Of a DNA stretch of 64,000 nt, positions 1 to 10,331 are shown piece by piece. A program made the translations under genes and the position numbers. Position 1 is the stretch's first letter. Each line of letters starts with the position of its first letter. The stretch is taken from contig CAWGBN010000007.1 in assembly GCA_963820825.1 (NCBI GenBank), positions 1 through 64,000 on the forward strand, in the 5' to 3' direction. Under the pieces are notes generated by a model, which saw nothing but the letters and a program-made list of their open reading frames with translations, searched no databases and was not told where the DNA came from. This stretch comes from Vulcanimicrobiota bacterium. Its GTDB lineage: Bacteria > Vulcanimicrobiota > Vulcanimicrobiia > Vulcanimicrobiales > Vulcanimicrobiaceae.

Positions 1-586
1 AGAAGACCCGGCGCCAATCCTTACGATGGAGCTAATGCCGACAAATTAATGGAGGCATCCGGGCAAATTTACGGTACAACGGTGTCGCCCGGGACCGTAT
101 TTGTCATAAATCTGGACGGATTCCGCTATCGCAATCTCTACAGATTCGGAACCCAAGGCCCGTATGATGCCGCCCTCCCCCAAGGAAGCCTAACACTGAT
201 CGACGGCTGGTTCTACGGCGTCTCGTCTGGAGGCGGCAAATACAACGACGGTACCGTTTTTAAGGTTTCGTCAGATGGCGCCGAGCAAGTACTACATAGC
301 TTCAACTACGACGATGGTCGTAGCCCGGAAGCCCAAGCTGGTTAACAACGACGGAGCGCTGATTGGAGTGACCTCAGACGGCGGTGCATATCCGCGCGAA
401 GTAGGAACCGTCTTTACTATCAGCACGTCGGGAGACTTGCAGACCTTACATAGCTTCGGCCACGGCAGAGACGGCTGGTCTCCAAAGTCGGCGGTGCTGA
501 ATGTCAATGGCGTGCTGTATGGAACGACTATTTACGGGGGAAGAATCCCAGACCAAGACGGCGTCATCTACGCGCTGACACCCTAA
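1..586 (+). pseudogene. 3' part of a GloVer/choice-of-anchor tandem-repeat beta-propeller protein, frameshifted near 335; 5' end outside the window
   Basis: YGTT/GG..GTVF repeats continue from ORF 49..345 into ORF 275..586 (PEA|KLVNNDGALIG) and end in GVIYALTP*. Confidence 0.75.
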
Positions 587-595
587 GCACTGTTT

Positions 596-673
596 TGGTG
601 CGCCCGGCCAGAATCGAACTGGCAACCTTGGGCTTAGGAGTCCCCTGCTCTATCCAGTTTGAGCTACGGGCGC
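596..673 (-). tRNA. tRNA-Arg (anticodon CCT)
   Basis: Reverse complement GCGCCCGTAGCTCAAACTGGATAGAGCAGGGGACT-CCT-AAGCCCAAGGTTGCCAGTTCGATTCTGGCCGGGCGCACCA folds as a cloverleaf; CCA encoded. Confidence 0.97.
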
Positions 674-838
674 GCACGTCATTCGTCTTTTATGCGCGCT
701 CGCTCCGAGGTGCCCTGCCTTCGGGTATCTGAGGCACGCCGCCCCGGCGGATTAGCTGCGGTTGGGCCACCGCCACAAGGTGCGCACGAATTTTGACGCG
801 AATTCCCCGAAATCAGCCGCTGTGTTAAGGAGCGCGAA

Positions 839-1762
839 ATGGCGAAGCATGTGAGTTTGACCGCATTGGTATTGCTCGTCGGCTGCGCCGGCACGTCTGC
901 GACGCCCGCTAGCGTCTCTCAATTGCCGGCCCGTCCGTCTGCCAGTGGCGGAAATGACCGCCTGCCGAACGTCGCACAGTACATCTACTGGACCAATGAA
1001 CAGAATGGCTCGGTGGGACGAGCCAAAATCGACGGCTCCGGCGTGAACGAAACGTTTATCCATTCAACGACCAAGGGGAAAGTCGGCGGAGCCGGGATGA
1101 CCGAAAACAAAAAATACATCTACTGGACGAGCGCGAACGGCGGAACGGCGACGACAATTCTTCGCGCCAAACTCGACGGCTCGGGCGTGAACGAGAAGTT
1201 CATAACGGGCGCTCAGAACCCATGCGGCATTACCGTTAGCAGCAAATACGTCTACTGGGGCGGTGACGTCGGGAGTTCGATTGGACGGGCTACCCTCAAC
1301 GGCGGCGGCGTAAACCAAAACTTCATCGCAACTGGCACCGGCGTGTGCGGCGTCGTGTTTAGGGGCACGCATATTTACTGGGCTAACTACGAAACCGGTT
1401 GGATCGGAATTGCAAAATCCGACGGTACCGGCGTAAATCTGAATTTCATCCAAACGCAAGGCGCGGGTTCGCTTGCCATTTCGAGCGACGGAAAACACAT
1501 CTATTGGCCAAACAACGGCACCGCGATCGGTCGAGCGAAGATCGATGGAACCGGTGTAAACCAGACGTTTATCACCGGCTTAAACGGCGCAGTTGCCTTC
1601 ATCGCCGTTGATAGCTCCCACATCTACTGGGCAGACTGGGGAAACCGAGGCACCGGAACTACGATCGGTCGAGCAAACATCGACGGCAGCAGCGTAGACC
1701 AGAAGTTCATTAAAGGCACATCTGGTGCGTTTGGGATCGCCGTGACGGGGGGCAGCCCCTAA
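839..1762 (+). CDS. Secreted lipoprotein with YWTD/LDL-receptor-like beta-propeller repeats
   Basis: Lipobox LVGC; repeated YIYW..N..IGRA.lDG.GVN..FI units; RBS AAGGAG. Confidence 0.8.
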   Translation: MAKHVSLTALVLLVGCAGTSATPASVSQLPARPSASGGNDRLPNVAQYIYWTNEQNGSVGRAKIDGSGVNETFIHSTTKGKVGGAGMTENKKYIYWTSANGGTATTILRAKLDGSGVNEKFITGAQNPCGITVSSKYVYWGGDVGSSIGRATLNGGGVNQNFIATGTGVCGVVFRGTHIYWANYETGWIGIAKSDGTGVNLNFIQTQGAGSLAISSDGKHIYWPNNGTAIGRAKIDGTGVNQTFITGLNGAVAFIAVDSSHIYWADWGNRGTGTTIGRANIDGSSVDQKFIKGTSGAFGIAVTGGSP

Positions 1763-1882
1763 GGCCGCGTCTCCCGGCTAGGCTGCATTGCCGGAGCGTT
1801 CCTGGGAGCGAAACCGGGCTGGGTAAGGCTCCCGGTGGAGTCGCCGTTGAAGCTCCCGGAGTCAACAAAACGTGCGCGAAGG

Positions 1883-2719
1883 TTAGCAGCCCGGATAACA
1901 GGCAGGCGGCGGTGGCGGGTAGGCCGGAGGCTGTTGCAGCGGATATTGGGGCTGCTGCTGGCCGTATTGCGGGTAGGGCGAATATTGACGTCGCGTCGGC
2001 TGCCGCGGCAACGCCAGCGGGGCTGCGCTCGCGACGTCGTCATTAAATTTTCCAAACGTCGCCCTATGGCTTTGGAATAACGCGATGAGATCGGCTTCGC
2101 GCTGCTCATCGCTCGGATGATCGGCGCCTCCGCTATTGCCGCCGCCCATCGCTTGGCGGTGCTGCCTGAAGTTCCACACCATCCCCCACGGATTAAATCC
2201 GGCCTTCGCACACAGGTAAGCGCCGGCGCGATCCGCGTTCATTTCGGCCGCGCGCTCGTATGCTACCACTTCGGGATCTTGAGGCGATCGACCACTCTGC
2301 GTCGCTCGAAAGACTGCGTACATGTCGTGGTGGATGTCGTGATCGATCTCGTGGCAGATCACGCCCGCCAGCTCGTCTCTATTCTTGAGAAACGACAGCA
2401 ACGCGGTCGTCACGTAGACGTTGCCGCCTGGCATCGAGAACGCGTTTGGGGTCTGCTCATTTAGCAGTACGACGTGAAATGGCGCAAAGTACTGCCGATC
2501 AGCCACCGCGGCGATGGCGTTTCCGATGGGGTCGAGCGTCCGATAGAGCGGCGACTGTGGCGGGACAATCTCGCCGCGGTCCACGTATTCCATATAGCGC
2601 TCCTCGCCGACTTGGGTTTCCCAGCCCTCCTCCTGCGAGGACGTGTTCGGCCAAGCAGCTTCCGGCCAGAGGTATAGGATTGCGGCGAAGCCGGCGAGCG
2701 TCCGTAGAAAGATCGACAT
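1883..2719 (-). CDS. M48 family zinc metalloprotease with Pro/Gln/Tyr-rich tail
   Basis: PNAFSMPGG..YV, ELAGVICHEIDH (HExxH), E..AD, HPS motifs; start taken at MSIFL. Confidence 0.85.
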   Translation of the reverse strand: MSIFLRTLAGFAAILYLWPEAAWPNTSSQEEGWETQVGEERYMEYVDRGEIVPPQSPLYRTLDPIGNAIAAVADRQYFAPFHVVLLNEQTPNAFSMPGGNVYVTTALLSFLKNRDELAGVICHEIDHDIHHDMYAVFRATQSGRSPQDPEVVAYERAAEMNADRAGAYLCAKAGFNPWGMVWNFRQHRQAMGGGNSGGADHPSDEQREADLIALFQSHRATFGKFNDDVASAAPLALPRQPTRRQYSPYPQYGQQQPQYPLQQPPAYPPPPPACYPGC

Positions 2720-2906
2720 GGGAACTTCGGGCTCTTCCGCAATTCCTTCGGCGCTGCCCCGCGGCAAATCGCCGAAACGGCTAAGAATCTATTAGATTTA
2801 TTCCGAGCTCGATAAACCACGTGAGGATACGCGTAGCCGAACTCGATATTTGCCGGCGTTTTGTTGTTCGTTGCGACGGGTAGAAAACGCCGGAAAGTGA
2901 GGGCTC

Positions 2907-3476
2907 ATGTACGATAACGACGACGTATTCGAATCCGAAATATACTACGACCGTGAGCCGGCCAGCGCGGCGGTGGACCGCTTGCATGGTCTCGGCTACC
3001 GTCGCGATGACATCAGCGTAATGATGGATGACAAGACACGCGAGAAGGCATTCTCCGCAGTCGTGAATGCCAAAAGCAGCGAAGGCATTGCCGCCGGTGC
3101 CACCATTGGAGGCGTCCTTGGAGCGATCGTTGCCGGGCTCACCGCAACGGGTAGCGTCGCCGCAATCGCGGGCACGGGCGGCCTTGCTACGCCTTTGGTT
3201 GTCGGCCCCTTAGCGGCTGCTTTAGCCGGCCTGGGAGCAGGCGCGGCGGGCGGAGGTATTGTCGGCGGGCTCATCGGGGTCGGAATCGGCGAGAAACGCG
3301 CCAAGGACTATGAGAAGGGATTGCGCGAGGGCGGAATTATCGTCGCCGTCCGTCCGAAAAGCAAAGAACATCGAGCCGATGTTCGCAAGGCGCTCGAAGG
3401 CCGTGCCGCAAGCTACGACACCGTCGACCGCCAGGTAGACTATGCCGGCGAAGTGCACTCCGAATCGCGCGCCTAA
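2907..3476 (+). CDS. General stress protein-like membrane protein (glycine-zipper, YflT-like)
   Basis: Gly/Ala-rich hydrophobic core (GATIGG..GPLAAALAGLGAGAAGGGIVGGL) followed by YE..L..GGI.VAV. Confidence 0.75.
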   Translation: MYDNDDVFESEIYYDREPASAAVDRLHGLGYRRDDISVMMDDKTREKAFSAVVNAKSSEGIAAGATIGGVLGAIVAGLTATGSVAAIAGTGGLATPLVVGPLAAALAGLGAGAAGGGIVGGLIGVGIGEKRAKDYEKGLREGGIIVAVRPKSKEHRADVRKALEGRAASYDTVDRQVDYAGEVHSESRA

Positions 3477-3775
3477 CGCGCGCTCGTTGCGGCGAACCTA
3501 GAGGTAGATTGGGCGGCCGGCGGGTTTGATCGCCGGCCGCCGATTCTCGTCTATGCTGCGGGTGCGAACGGAAAGGCTGGGCCCATCGATACGATAAAGG
3601 GCGCGAGGACCGGGCTGAGTACCCCGGGCGGGATCACTATTCGCTAGATCCGCCGGCAGAATCGGAACGGCTACCTGCATTGACAAAGCCGGAAAGAAGG
3701 CGCATCTTGGGCACCTAAGGCGCGGCCCTTCGCGTCCGTCCCGAATCACTCGGAGAGAGCAAGGAGTTCGAGCCC

Positions 3776-4777
3776 ATGCGATTCTCGGTTTGGGCCCTTT
3801 ACGTACTGGTTGCGGTCCCAGTCTCGCTCACCAGCTGCGGTGGCGCATCGTCGACGCCGGCAGCACCGCTCGCATTTCAGCAGAACCAGTCACACTCCGC
3901 GAAGCACGATTCGTCGTGCCCGTGTCTCTACGTCGCGAACAGCGGCGGCAGCGTGACCGTATACGCATCCGGAGCGACGGGCAACGCCAAGCCGATCCAA
4001 ACTATCGCCGGCAACCTTACGGCGTTGAATGCGCCTCAGGATGTTGCCGTGGATGCCGGCGGCAATATTTACGTCGCGAACGAAAACGGGAACTCCGTGA
4101 CCGTCTACGCCGCCGGCGCTTCCGGCAACGTCGCCCCAGTCCAGACGATCCAGGGCACCGATACGGGACTCAGCGCCCCCTTCGGTGTCGCGCTCGATCC
4201 GCTAACCGGCAACATCTACGTGGCGAACGACGTAAACAGCAGCGTAACGGTCTACGCTCCAGCTGCAAATGGCGACGCCGCGCCGATTGCCACGATCGCG
4301 GGCGGTTCTACCGGAATACAATATCCTACCAGTCTTACGTTGGACGCAGGCGGCAATATCTACGTCGCTAACTTTTTCGGCACGCTCAACATCTTTGCCG
4401 CGGGCGCTAGCGGCAATGTGGCACCGATACGAAGCATCGGCGGCTCGCACACCAAAATGTACGACCCGTATGGAGTCGCCGTGGATTCCGCTTCTAAAAC
4501 GTACGTAGCGAACTACGCAGACGAGAACGTCACCGTCTATGCCGCGGGCGCGAACGGCAACAAAAGGCCGATCCAATTCATCAAGGGCAGTATGACGAAG
4601 CTGAAGGAACCAGTCGGAATCGCCCTGGACGGCAGCGACAATATCTACGTCGCGAACGGTAATTTCAACTGGATCACCGTCTACGCCGCAGGCTCGACGG
4701 GCAACGTTGCCCCGACCAACAGGATAAAGGGCACGCGAACGGGGCTGAACGACCCGCAGGGAATCACTCTCCGCTAA
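3776..4777 (+). CDS. NHL-repeat beta-propeller lipoprotein
   Basis: Lipobox LTSC; six P.GVAVD..GNIYVAN...SVTVYA.GA.GN..P repeats. Confidence 0.85.
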   Translation: MRFSVWALYVLVAVPVSLTSCGGASSTPAAPLAFQQNQSHSAKHDSSCPCLYVANSGGSVTVYASGATGNAKPIQTIAGNLTALNAPQDVAVDAGGNIYVANENGNSVTVYAAGASGNVAPVQTIQGTDTGLSAPFGVALDPLTGNIYVANDVNSSVTVYAPAANGDAAPIATIAGGSTGIQYPTSLTLDAGGNIYVANFFGTLNIFAAGASGNVAPIRSIGGSHTKMYDPYGVAVDSASKTYVANYADENVTVYAAGANGNKRPIQFIKGSMTKLKEPVGIALDGSDNIYVANGNFNWITVYAAGSTGNVAPTNRIKGTRTGLNDPQGITLR

Positions 4778-4860
4778 CCGTTCAGCGCGGCGCAGATCGG
4801 CGGTCTCACCGGAGGAAGAGGCGGGTTTCACCACGTCGACGGTGATCCGCGGCGCGTTGC

Positions 4861-4901
4861 AAGGCTTCCACTTGTCCAAGTCGGTTGTCCAAGTATCCGT
4901 T
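4861..4901 (+). promoter_or_regulatory. Conserved upstream element with TTGTCCAAGT direct repeat (copy 1)
   Basis: Near-identical to 6185..6225; repeats at 4872-4881 and 4885-4894. Confidence 0.6.
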
Positions 4902-4972
4902 CCGCCGATCGCGCCGAAGCCCCATCATGGATATGCGTTCTCATCTTTGAACGATATCGAGAGGGTACTCTT

Positions 4973-6165
4973 ATGAAGCAACCATGCAACCTTATCGGAA
5001 TGCTCGTCACTGCGGCGCTCCTGGCTGCGTGCGGGGGGCCGGGTAGCGTCGCCGCTCCGTCGGTTCCGTCAGCCCCGGCCGGCGCAGCGGGTCCGCGAGC
5101 ACCCCTTGCGCACGAGATTCACAAATTCGGCTCCCTGGAGTACGTCTACGTGACCAACTCCGGATCCAACAATGTCTCCGCGTACGTGGTCAACACGACG
5201 AGCGGGGCATTAACGCCGGTGCGACGATCGCCGCGCCGAACGCGCCCCATCCCTTGGGGCGTCGCGCCGGCTTTCGGCGAGTTCGTCTACGTGGCCAATG
5301 GAGTCAGTACCAATGAGTACTCGCGCCGCCGCAGCATCGTCTCTGCTTACAGCGTCAACGCCAGAAGCGGCGTGCTAATGCCTCTGGCGGGGCCGCCGTT
5401 TGCGGATACGGGCCGCGGGGCCGCCGACCTGAAGGTGGATCCCACGCGCCCGTTCGCCTACCTTGTAAACGTTTATTCCGACAGTGTCTCCGCTTACACG
5501 ATCAACGCCGCAACCGGCGCGCTGACGCCGGTGCCCGGGTCACCATTTGCGGCGGGCGGTGAGCCCGAAACGGTCACGTCGATCCCACCGGCAAGTTCGT
5601 CTACGTACCCAACACCGAGTCCAACGATGTCTCCGCGTACACCATCAACCCGAGCACCGGTGCGCTGAGGCGCGTCTCGGGATCGCCTTTCGGCGCGGGC
5701 ACGACTCCCGCGGGCGCAGCGATCGATTCCACGGGCAAGTTTCTCTATATAACGAACGCCAACTCCAACAGCATCTCCGCTTACACCATCCACCCGCGCA
5801 CCGGTGCGCTGACGCCGGTAGCCGGGTCGCCGTTTGGTACTCCGTCGCCCTCGCGTGTGGCAGCCGATCCAATGGGCGGGTTCGTCTACGTGACAAACGC
5901 TGGAGCCAAAACGGTCTCCGCGTATGCCATCGACCCATCGAGCGGTGCGCTGACGCCTGTAGCTGGGTCACCATTTGCTGCGGGCACCGTTCCCTCAGGC
6001 ATAGCCGTAGATGCTGCGGGCAAGTTCGCCTATTTGGAAAACGCCGGCTCCGACAACGTCTCCGCGTACAGCATCGACCCCACCGACGGAGCGCTAACGC
6101 CGGTGGCCGGCTCGCCTTTTGCGGCCGGCACCGCTCCGGTAGCAATAGCCGTGTCTGGGCCGTAG
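4973..6165 (+). pseudogene. Lactonase-family (6-phosphogluconolactonase-like) beta-propeller lipoprotein, frameshift near 5577
   Basis: Repeats DP.GKF.YV.N..S..VSAY.I...GALTPV.GSPF continue across a 1-nt deletion at ACGGTCACGTC-GATCCC; may be a sequencing error. Confidence 0.8.
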
Positions 6166-6184
6166 CTCCGAAAGGGCAGCCGCC

Positions 6185-6225
6185 AAGGGTTCCACTTGTC
6201 CAAGTCGGTTGTCCAAGTGTCCGTT
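6185..6225 (+). promoter_or_regulatory. Conserved upstream element with TTGTCCAAGT direct repeat (copy 2)
   Basis: Repeats at 6196-6205 and 6209-6218; near-identical to 4861..4901. Confidence 0.6.
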
Positions 6226-6316
6226 ACCTCGAGAGCGGGGAAGCGCCATAATCAGGATCAGGCGCATGGGATGGTGTCGGGAAGCACGCCATCCCTCACC
6301 CGGAGGGCAATCTAAA

Positions 6317-7711
6317 ATGAAACGATCCTACAGACTCATCGCTGCCACGCTTTGTGCAACGCTCTTGGCCGCGTGCGGCGGCAGTAACGGCTTCTTTTCG
6401 TCGTCACCGACGTCGGTCACGCCGTCACTTGGTTCGCAGCCCGCGTTCGGCCGCCATGCCGCCGGACCATTGGGGCGCGAACGAGTACTTTACACTTTTA
6501 CAGGGGCGCCCAATGCGGCAGGTCCCTTCGGGCGGCTGTTGGCGGGCAAGCACAACGAATTCTACGGCATTTCGAATGGCGGCGGCACGGTCGGGCCGAG
6601 CGGATTTACCGATGGAACCGTCTATGAGATTTCAACGACCGGTCAGGAGAGGGTGCTCTACGACTTTCAGGGCGGTAACGATGGCGCGGGCTCGGAGGCG
6701 GGCCTGATCGCCGATCGCGCCGGCAATCTCTTCGGGACCAACGATTTCGGTGGCGGCTCCAGCGCCTGCACGAACGGTTGCGGAACGGTCTTTGAGTTAT
6801 CGCCGAGCGGCTCGGGATATACGGAGCGAGTGATCCATGCCTTTCAATCGGGCGCGGACGGCGCCTCGCCACTCGCAAGTCTTTTGCTCGGCAAGAATGG
6901 CGTGTTGTACGGCACAACCGACGCCGGCGGCGCCAGCGGATGTGCGTCGCCCTCGGGCTACACGGGTTGCGGCACCGTCTTCAGCTTGACCCCGTCGGGA
7001 TCGCAATACGTGGAGAAAATCCTCTATAGCTTCCAAGGCGGCAGCGACGGTGCAACGCCGCGGGCAAGTTTGGTCGCCGACGCTGCGGGCAACCTCTACG
7101 GCACCACCGAGTTTGGCGGTAAGACCAATTCCGCGTGCGGAAACGGACCGTCGGGTAATGTCTCATGCGGCATCGTCTTCGAACTGACGCGGTCAGGTCA
7201 CGAGAAGGTGCTCTACCGCTTTAAGGGCGGAACGCACGACGGATCGAACTCGCGCGCCGCGCTGTTGCTGCTTTCAAACGGCTCGTTCGTCGGTTTGACG
7301 CCGTACGGCGGAGCGAAGCACCTTGGCTACGGTACGGCCTTCGAACTCACACCAGGTTCGGGAACGTATACCGAACGCGTGATCCATTTCTTCGGCCAAA
7401 CTTCGGAGGACGGCATACGCCCGCAAGATGCCGACGGTCTGGCCGCCGATGCCGGCGGCAATCTTTACGGCGCGACTGCGCTCAGCCTTCAGTCCCCGTG
7501 CGGATGCGGTGCCGTCTTTGAGCTCTCGCCGAGCGCGTCGGGGTATAGCGAACAGGTGCTGCACTACTTTCAGGGAGGCCCCGACGGCGCACTTCCGCAC
7601 GGCAGCGTGATCGTCCGCAACGGCATCGTCTACGGCACGACGCTTAACGGTGGCTCTTATTGCTATGGTTCGTCGTACAGTTGCGGGGTCGTCTATAAGG
7701 TCAGACGGTAA
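6317..7711 (+). CDS. GloVer/choice-of-anchor tandem-repeat beta-propeller lipoprotein
   Basis: RBS GGAGG, start MKRSY, lipobox LAAC; repeats LY.F.GG.DGA.P...L..D..GNLYGTT..GG...CGTVF.L. Confidence 0.88.
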   Translation: MKRSYRLIAATLCATLLAACGGSNGFFSSSPTSVTPSLGSQPAFGRHAAGPLGRERVLYTFTGAPNAAGPFGRLLAGKHNEFYGISNGGGTVGPSGFTDGTVYEISTTGQERVLYDFQGGNDGAGSEAGLIADRAGNLFGTNDFGGGSSACTNGCGTVFELSPSGSGYTERVIHAFQSGADGASPLASLLLGKNGVLYGTTDAGGASGCASPSGYTGCGTVFSLTPSGSQYVEKILYSFQGGSDGATPRASLVADAAGNLYGTTEFGGKTNSACGNGPSGNVSCGIVFELTRSGHEKVLYRFKGGTHDGSNSRAALLLLSNGSFVGLTPYGGAKHLGYGTAFELTPGSGTYTERVIHFFGQTSEDGIRPQDADGLAADAGGNLYGATALSLQSPCGCGAVFELSPSASGYSEQVLHYFQGGPDGALPHGSVIVRNGIVYGTTLNGGSYCYGSSYSCGVVYKVRR

Positions 7712-7754
7712 TCCGGCCATCATCCATATATGAAACCATCCCGAAGAGAGTAGG

Positions 7755-8747
7755 TTGGAACCCGTGCGCATCTTGAACTTGAAGTTGACCTGCATCGCCG
7801 CAGCGTGCGTAGCGACGGTAGGCCTGACGGCCTGCGGCGGCGGAAGCGCGTCCGGTCCGATCGTGGCCGTTCCATCGGGCATCGCGCCGGCTAACGCCAC
7901 TCCCCTCGGCAAGTATGCCCCGATGCACGATATTTACGTTGCCGATAACGCCAGCAAGCTCGTAAAAGAAATTCCGAAGGCCTGCCGCTACGCGAGTTGC
8001 GTTCTGACGGTCGGCAAGGGGTTCTCGTGCCCGACATTCGTGAGCACCGACTCATCACTCGACGTATATGTGAGCAACACCTGCGACTACCATACGGCGG
8101 TCTATAAGATGGCACCCGGATGCAACGACAAGAAATGTGCGTCAACCGAGCCTGGCGATTACCTCAATCCATTCAAGACCGTCTCCGATAAGCATGGCAA
8201 TCTCTACGTCCCCGACTATAGCCACGGATACGTCAAAGAAGTCCCCGCCGGCTGTCACCGCAACGCGTGCGTAGAGACGTTGGGCGGTGACGCCTTCGTC
8301 GGTCCGGGGTACGTTCCGTGGGATTACGGACCGAGCGACGTAGCGCTTGACAAGGATGGCAACGTCTACGTTGCATCCGACTATTACGTTTCGGAAATGC
8401 CGCGACACTGCCATTCGGCGTCGTGCGTTACCCGTCTCGGTGGCGGATGGAGCACTCCGTGGAGCGTCTCTCTCGACCGCCACGGCAACGTCTACGTTGA
8501 CGATCGCGGAAATAAGGAAATCAAGAGAATGCCGCCGGCCTGTAAATCCGCCAAGTGCGTAAGCGTGGTCATGGGCGGGTTCAACGACCCGGTCGCCGCA
8601 AAAGTAGATGCTCGAGATAATGTCTACGTTTCGGACAGCGGCAGTAGCTCGGTACGAGAGATTCCCAAGGGCTGCCGGTCGTCGTCGTGCCTGGTAACGA
8701 TCGGCGGAGGGTTCTCGCAGCCGTTTGGCCTCGCCGTGGGGCCCTAG
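7755..8747 (+). CDS. NHL-like beta-propeller lipoprotein with a CxxxxC motif in every blade
   Basis: Lipobox LTAC; D..GNVYV repeats each followed by P..CxxxxC. Confidence 0.8.
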   Translation: MEPVRILNLKLTCIAAACVATVGLTACGGGSASGPIVAVPSGIAPANATPLGKYAPMHDIYVADNASKLVKEIPKACRYASCVLTVGKGFSCPTFVSTDSSLDVYVSNTCDYHTAVYKMAPGCNDKKCASTEPGDYLNPFKTVSDKHGNLYVPDYSHGYVKEVPAGCHRNACVETLGGDAFVGPGYVPWDYGPSDVALDKDGNVYVASDYYVSEMPRHCHSASCVTRLGGGWSTPWSVSLDRHGNVYVDDRGNKEIKRMPPACKSAKCVSVVMGGFNDPVAAKVDARDNVYVSDSGSSSVREIPKGCRSSSCLVTIGGGFSQPFGLAVGP

Positions 8748-8762
8748 CACGTCGGGGAGATC

Positions 8763-9424
8763 ATGCCAAGAACGCTGGCTAAGCTCGTCGGCGCGGGCTT
8801 TGGCGCGGCGCTCGTAGCCGCCTGCGGCGGCGGTAATAGCGATCTCAATCCGCAGGGTCCGGAGCGCCCTTTACACTGCAAGCCCAATCCGCTGCTGTGG
8901 TCTTTAAGCGTGTGCATAGCTTCGAATATTACAAAGACAATCCCGACGACGGCGCAACGCCCGCGGCCGATTTGCTTGGCGTGAACGGCACGTTCTACGG
9001 CACCACCTATTACGGTGGTTCTTCGTGTGACGAACCTGGATGCGGAACGGTCTTCAGCGTAAACAACACGTCCATTACCGTCTATTCAGCCGGCTCAAAC
9101 GGCAACGTCGCTCCGATGCAAGACATTAGCGGCGTGGGGAACGGCTACGGAATGGCGCTCGATAGCGCCCGCAATATGTATGTCGCAAATCTCCTGGCGC
9201 ACAGCGTTGAAGTCTACGCTGCCGGCGCTACCGGGAACGTCGCACCAATCCGAATGATCGCCGGAAGCCGGACGAAGCTCGATGATCCCTCCGCGGTGGC
9301 GCTAGACGCCGTCGACGATATCTACGTCACTAATAATGGTGCCTACGTTACCGCCTATCAGGCCGGCGTCATGCGCTTCGCGACCGCTTCGGCACGCGCG
9401 CGAGCCAAAACTCCGTACCGTTGA
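8763..9424 (+). pseudogene. Frameshifted chimeric lipoprotein gene: GloVer repeat fused to NHL repeats
   Basis: Signal/lipobox VAAC in 8763 frame; frame change near 8880; FYGTTYYGG..CGTVFSV joined to NNTSITVYSAGSNGNVAP near 9060. Confidence 0.65.
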
Positions 9425-9611
9425 GCGTGATGCGGTCGCGACGCCGACTGATCTGCGGTGAGAACATCGCTCCATCGTCTCGGTAGTAGAGCAAGATCCA
9501 CGCAATAAGCTGCGCGCGATCGTCCGGCGTGAGATGCTTGATCGCGACCTTCACCGCGGTAACGTCGCGCGTTAGGTCGTCCCGGCGCTCGAACTGCTGC
9601 GGCCTTGCCAT
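9369..9611 (-). CDS. Small hypothetical protein (80 aa)
   Basis: ATG-started ORF with globular protein-like composition. Confidence 0.6.
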   Translation of the reverse strand: MARPQQFERRDDLTRDVTAVKVAIKHLTPDDRAQLIAWILLYYRDDGAMFSPQISRRRDRITLNGTEFWLARVPKRSRSA

Positions 9612-9692
9612 GGGCTGAACAACCCGGGTAGCCGCGCCTTAGATTCACCCGCGGATTCCGTTGCCCCTGACGCCGAACGTCTCCGGCCGCGG

Positions 9693-9743
9693 CAATGCAG
9701 ACCCTCTCACGGTTGCGGAACCGTCTTCGCGTTGACGCCGTAG
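9693..9743 (+). pseudogene. Orphan 3' end of a GloVer-repeat gene
   Basis: Reads QCRPSHGCGTVFALTP*, matching the typical C-terminus of GloVer paralogs (cf. GVIYALTP* at 586). Confidence 0.6.
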
Positions 9744-9821
9744 GAGTGAGAAGCGGTTCGGAAGACGGTTTCGCGAGATCTTCTCGACGCCCGCCTACGA
9801 TGGTTCAAAGGAGCGAGGCCA

Positions 9822-10331
9822 ATGAAGATTTCGAGTCTCTGCCGCGACGTCGCCGGCGCGGCAATCGCCGTGACGTTGGCCGGGTGCGGCGGATCGCCGA
9901 TGAGCGCGCTGCAAGGCGCAACCGGGGCGCTCCCCTTTGCGCAGCCCTACGTCTCCGCGGCGCACGTTGGAAACTTAAACGGCGAAATCTTCACGGCGAA
10001 GAGCATCTCCGTTTCGTGCGACAAATCGTACTCCTCGATGCATTTCACCGCAAAGGGCAAAGCGACGGGACCATTGCCCGGAACGTTTAGAGCGTCGGGA
10101 GTCATAAGTCCCGGGTCGAGTTCCAAGCCCTCTGCCTTCGGCGAAACCTTCGCGATAGCTTCGGGCTCGCGGTCGATCACCGGGCACGCCGAAAAATCGG
10201 GAAACAAAATCTTGCTCAACTGCGTCTATCTCACGTTTCTCGTGCGCTCCTCCTACCGAGAGAACCATTCGCACGGGCGAACGCAGCTACAATACGGCTA
10301 CCCGGCGGACTTCGGTCAGAGCTTTCACTAG
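9822..10331 (+). CDS. Hypothetical lipoprotein
   Basis: RBS AAGGAG; lipobox LAGC. Confidence 0.75.
   Translation: MKISSLCRDVAGAAIAVTLAGCGGSPMSALQGATGALPFAQPYVSAAHVGNLNGEIFTAKSISVSCDKSYSSMHFTAKGKATGPLPGTFRASGVISPGSSSKPSAFGETFAIASGSRSITGHAEKSGNKILLNCVYLTFLVRSSYRENHSHGRTQLQYGYPADFGQSFH

Noticed and set aside
3513..3542. GGCGGCCGGCG...CGCCGGCCGCC hairpin as a terminator or ncRNA
   Set aside because: No U tract; probably a 3' stabilising hairpin, and not supportable as anything more.
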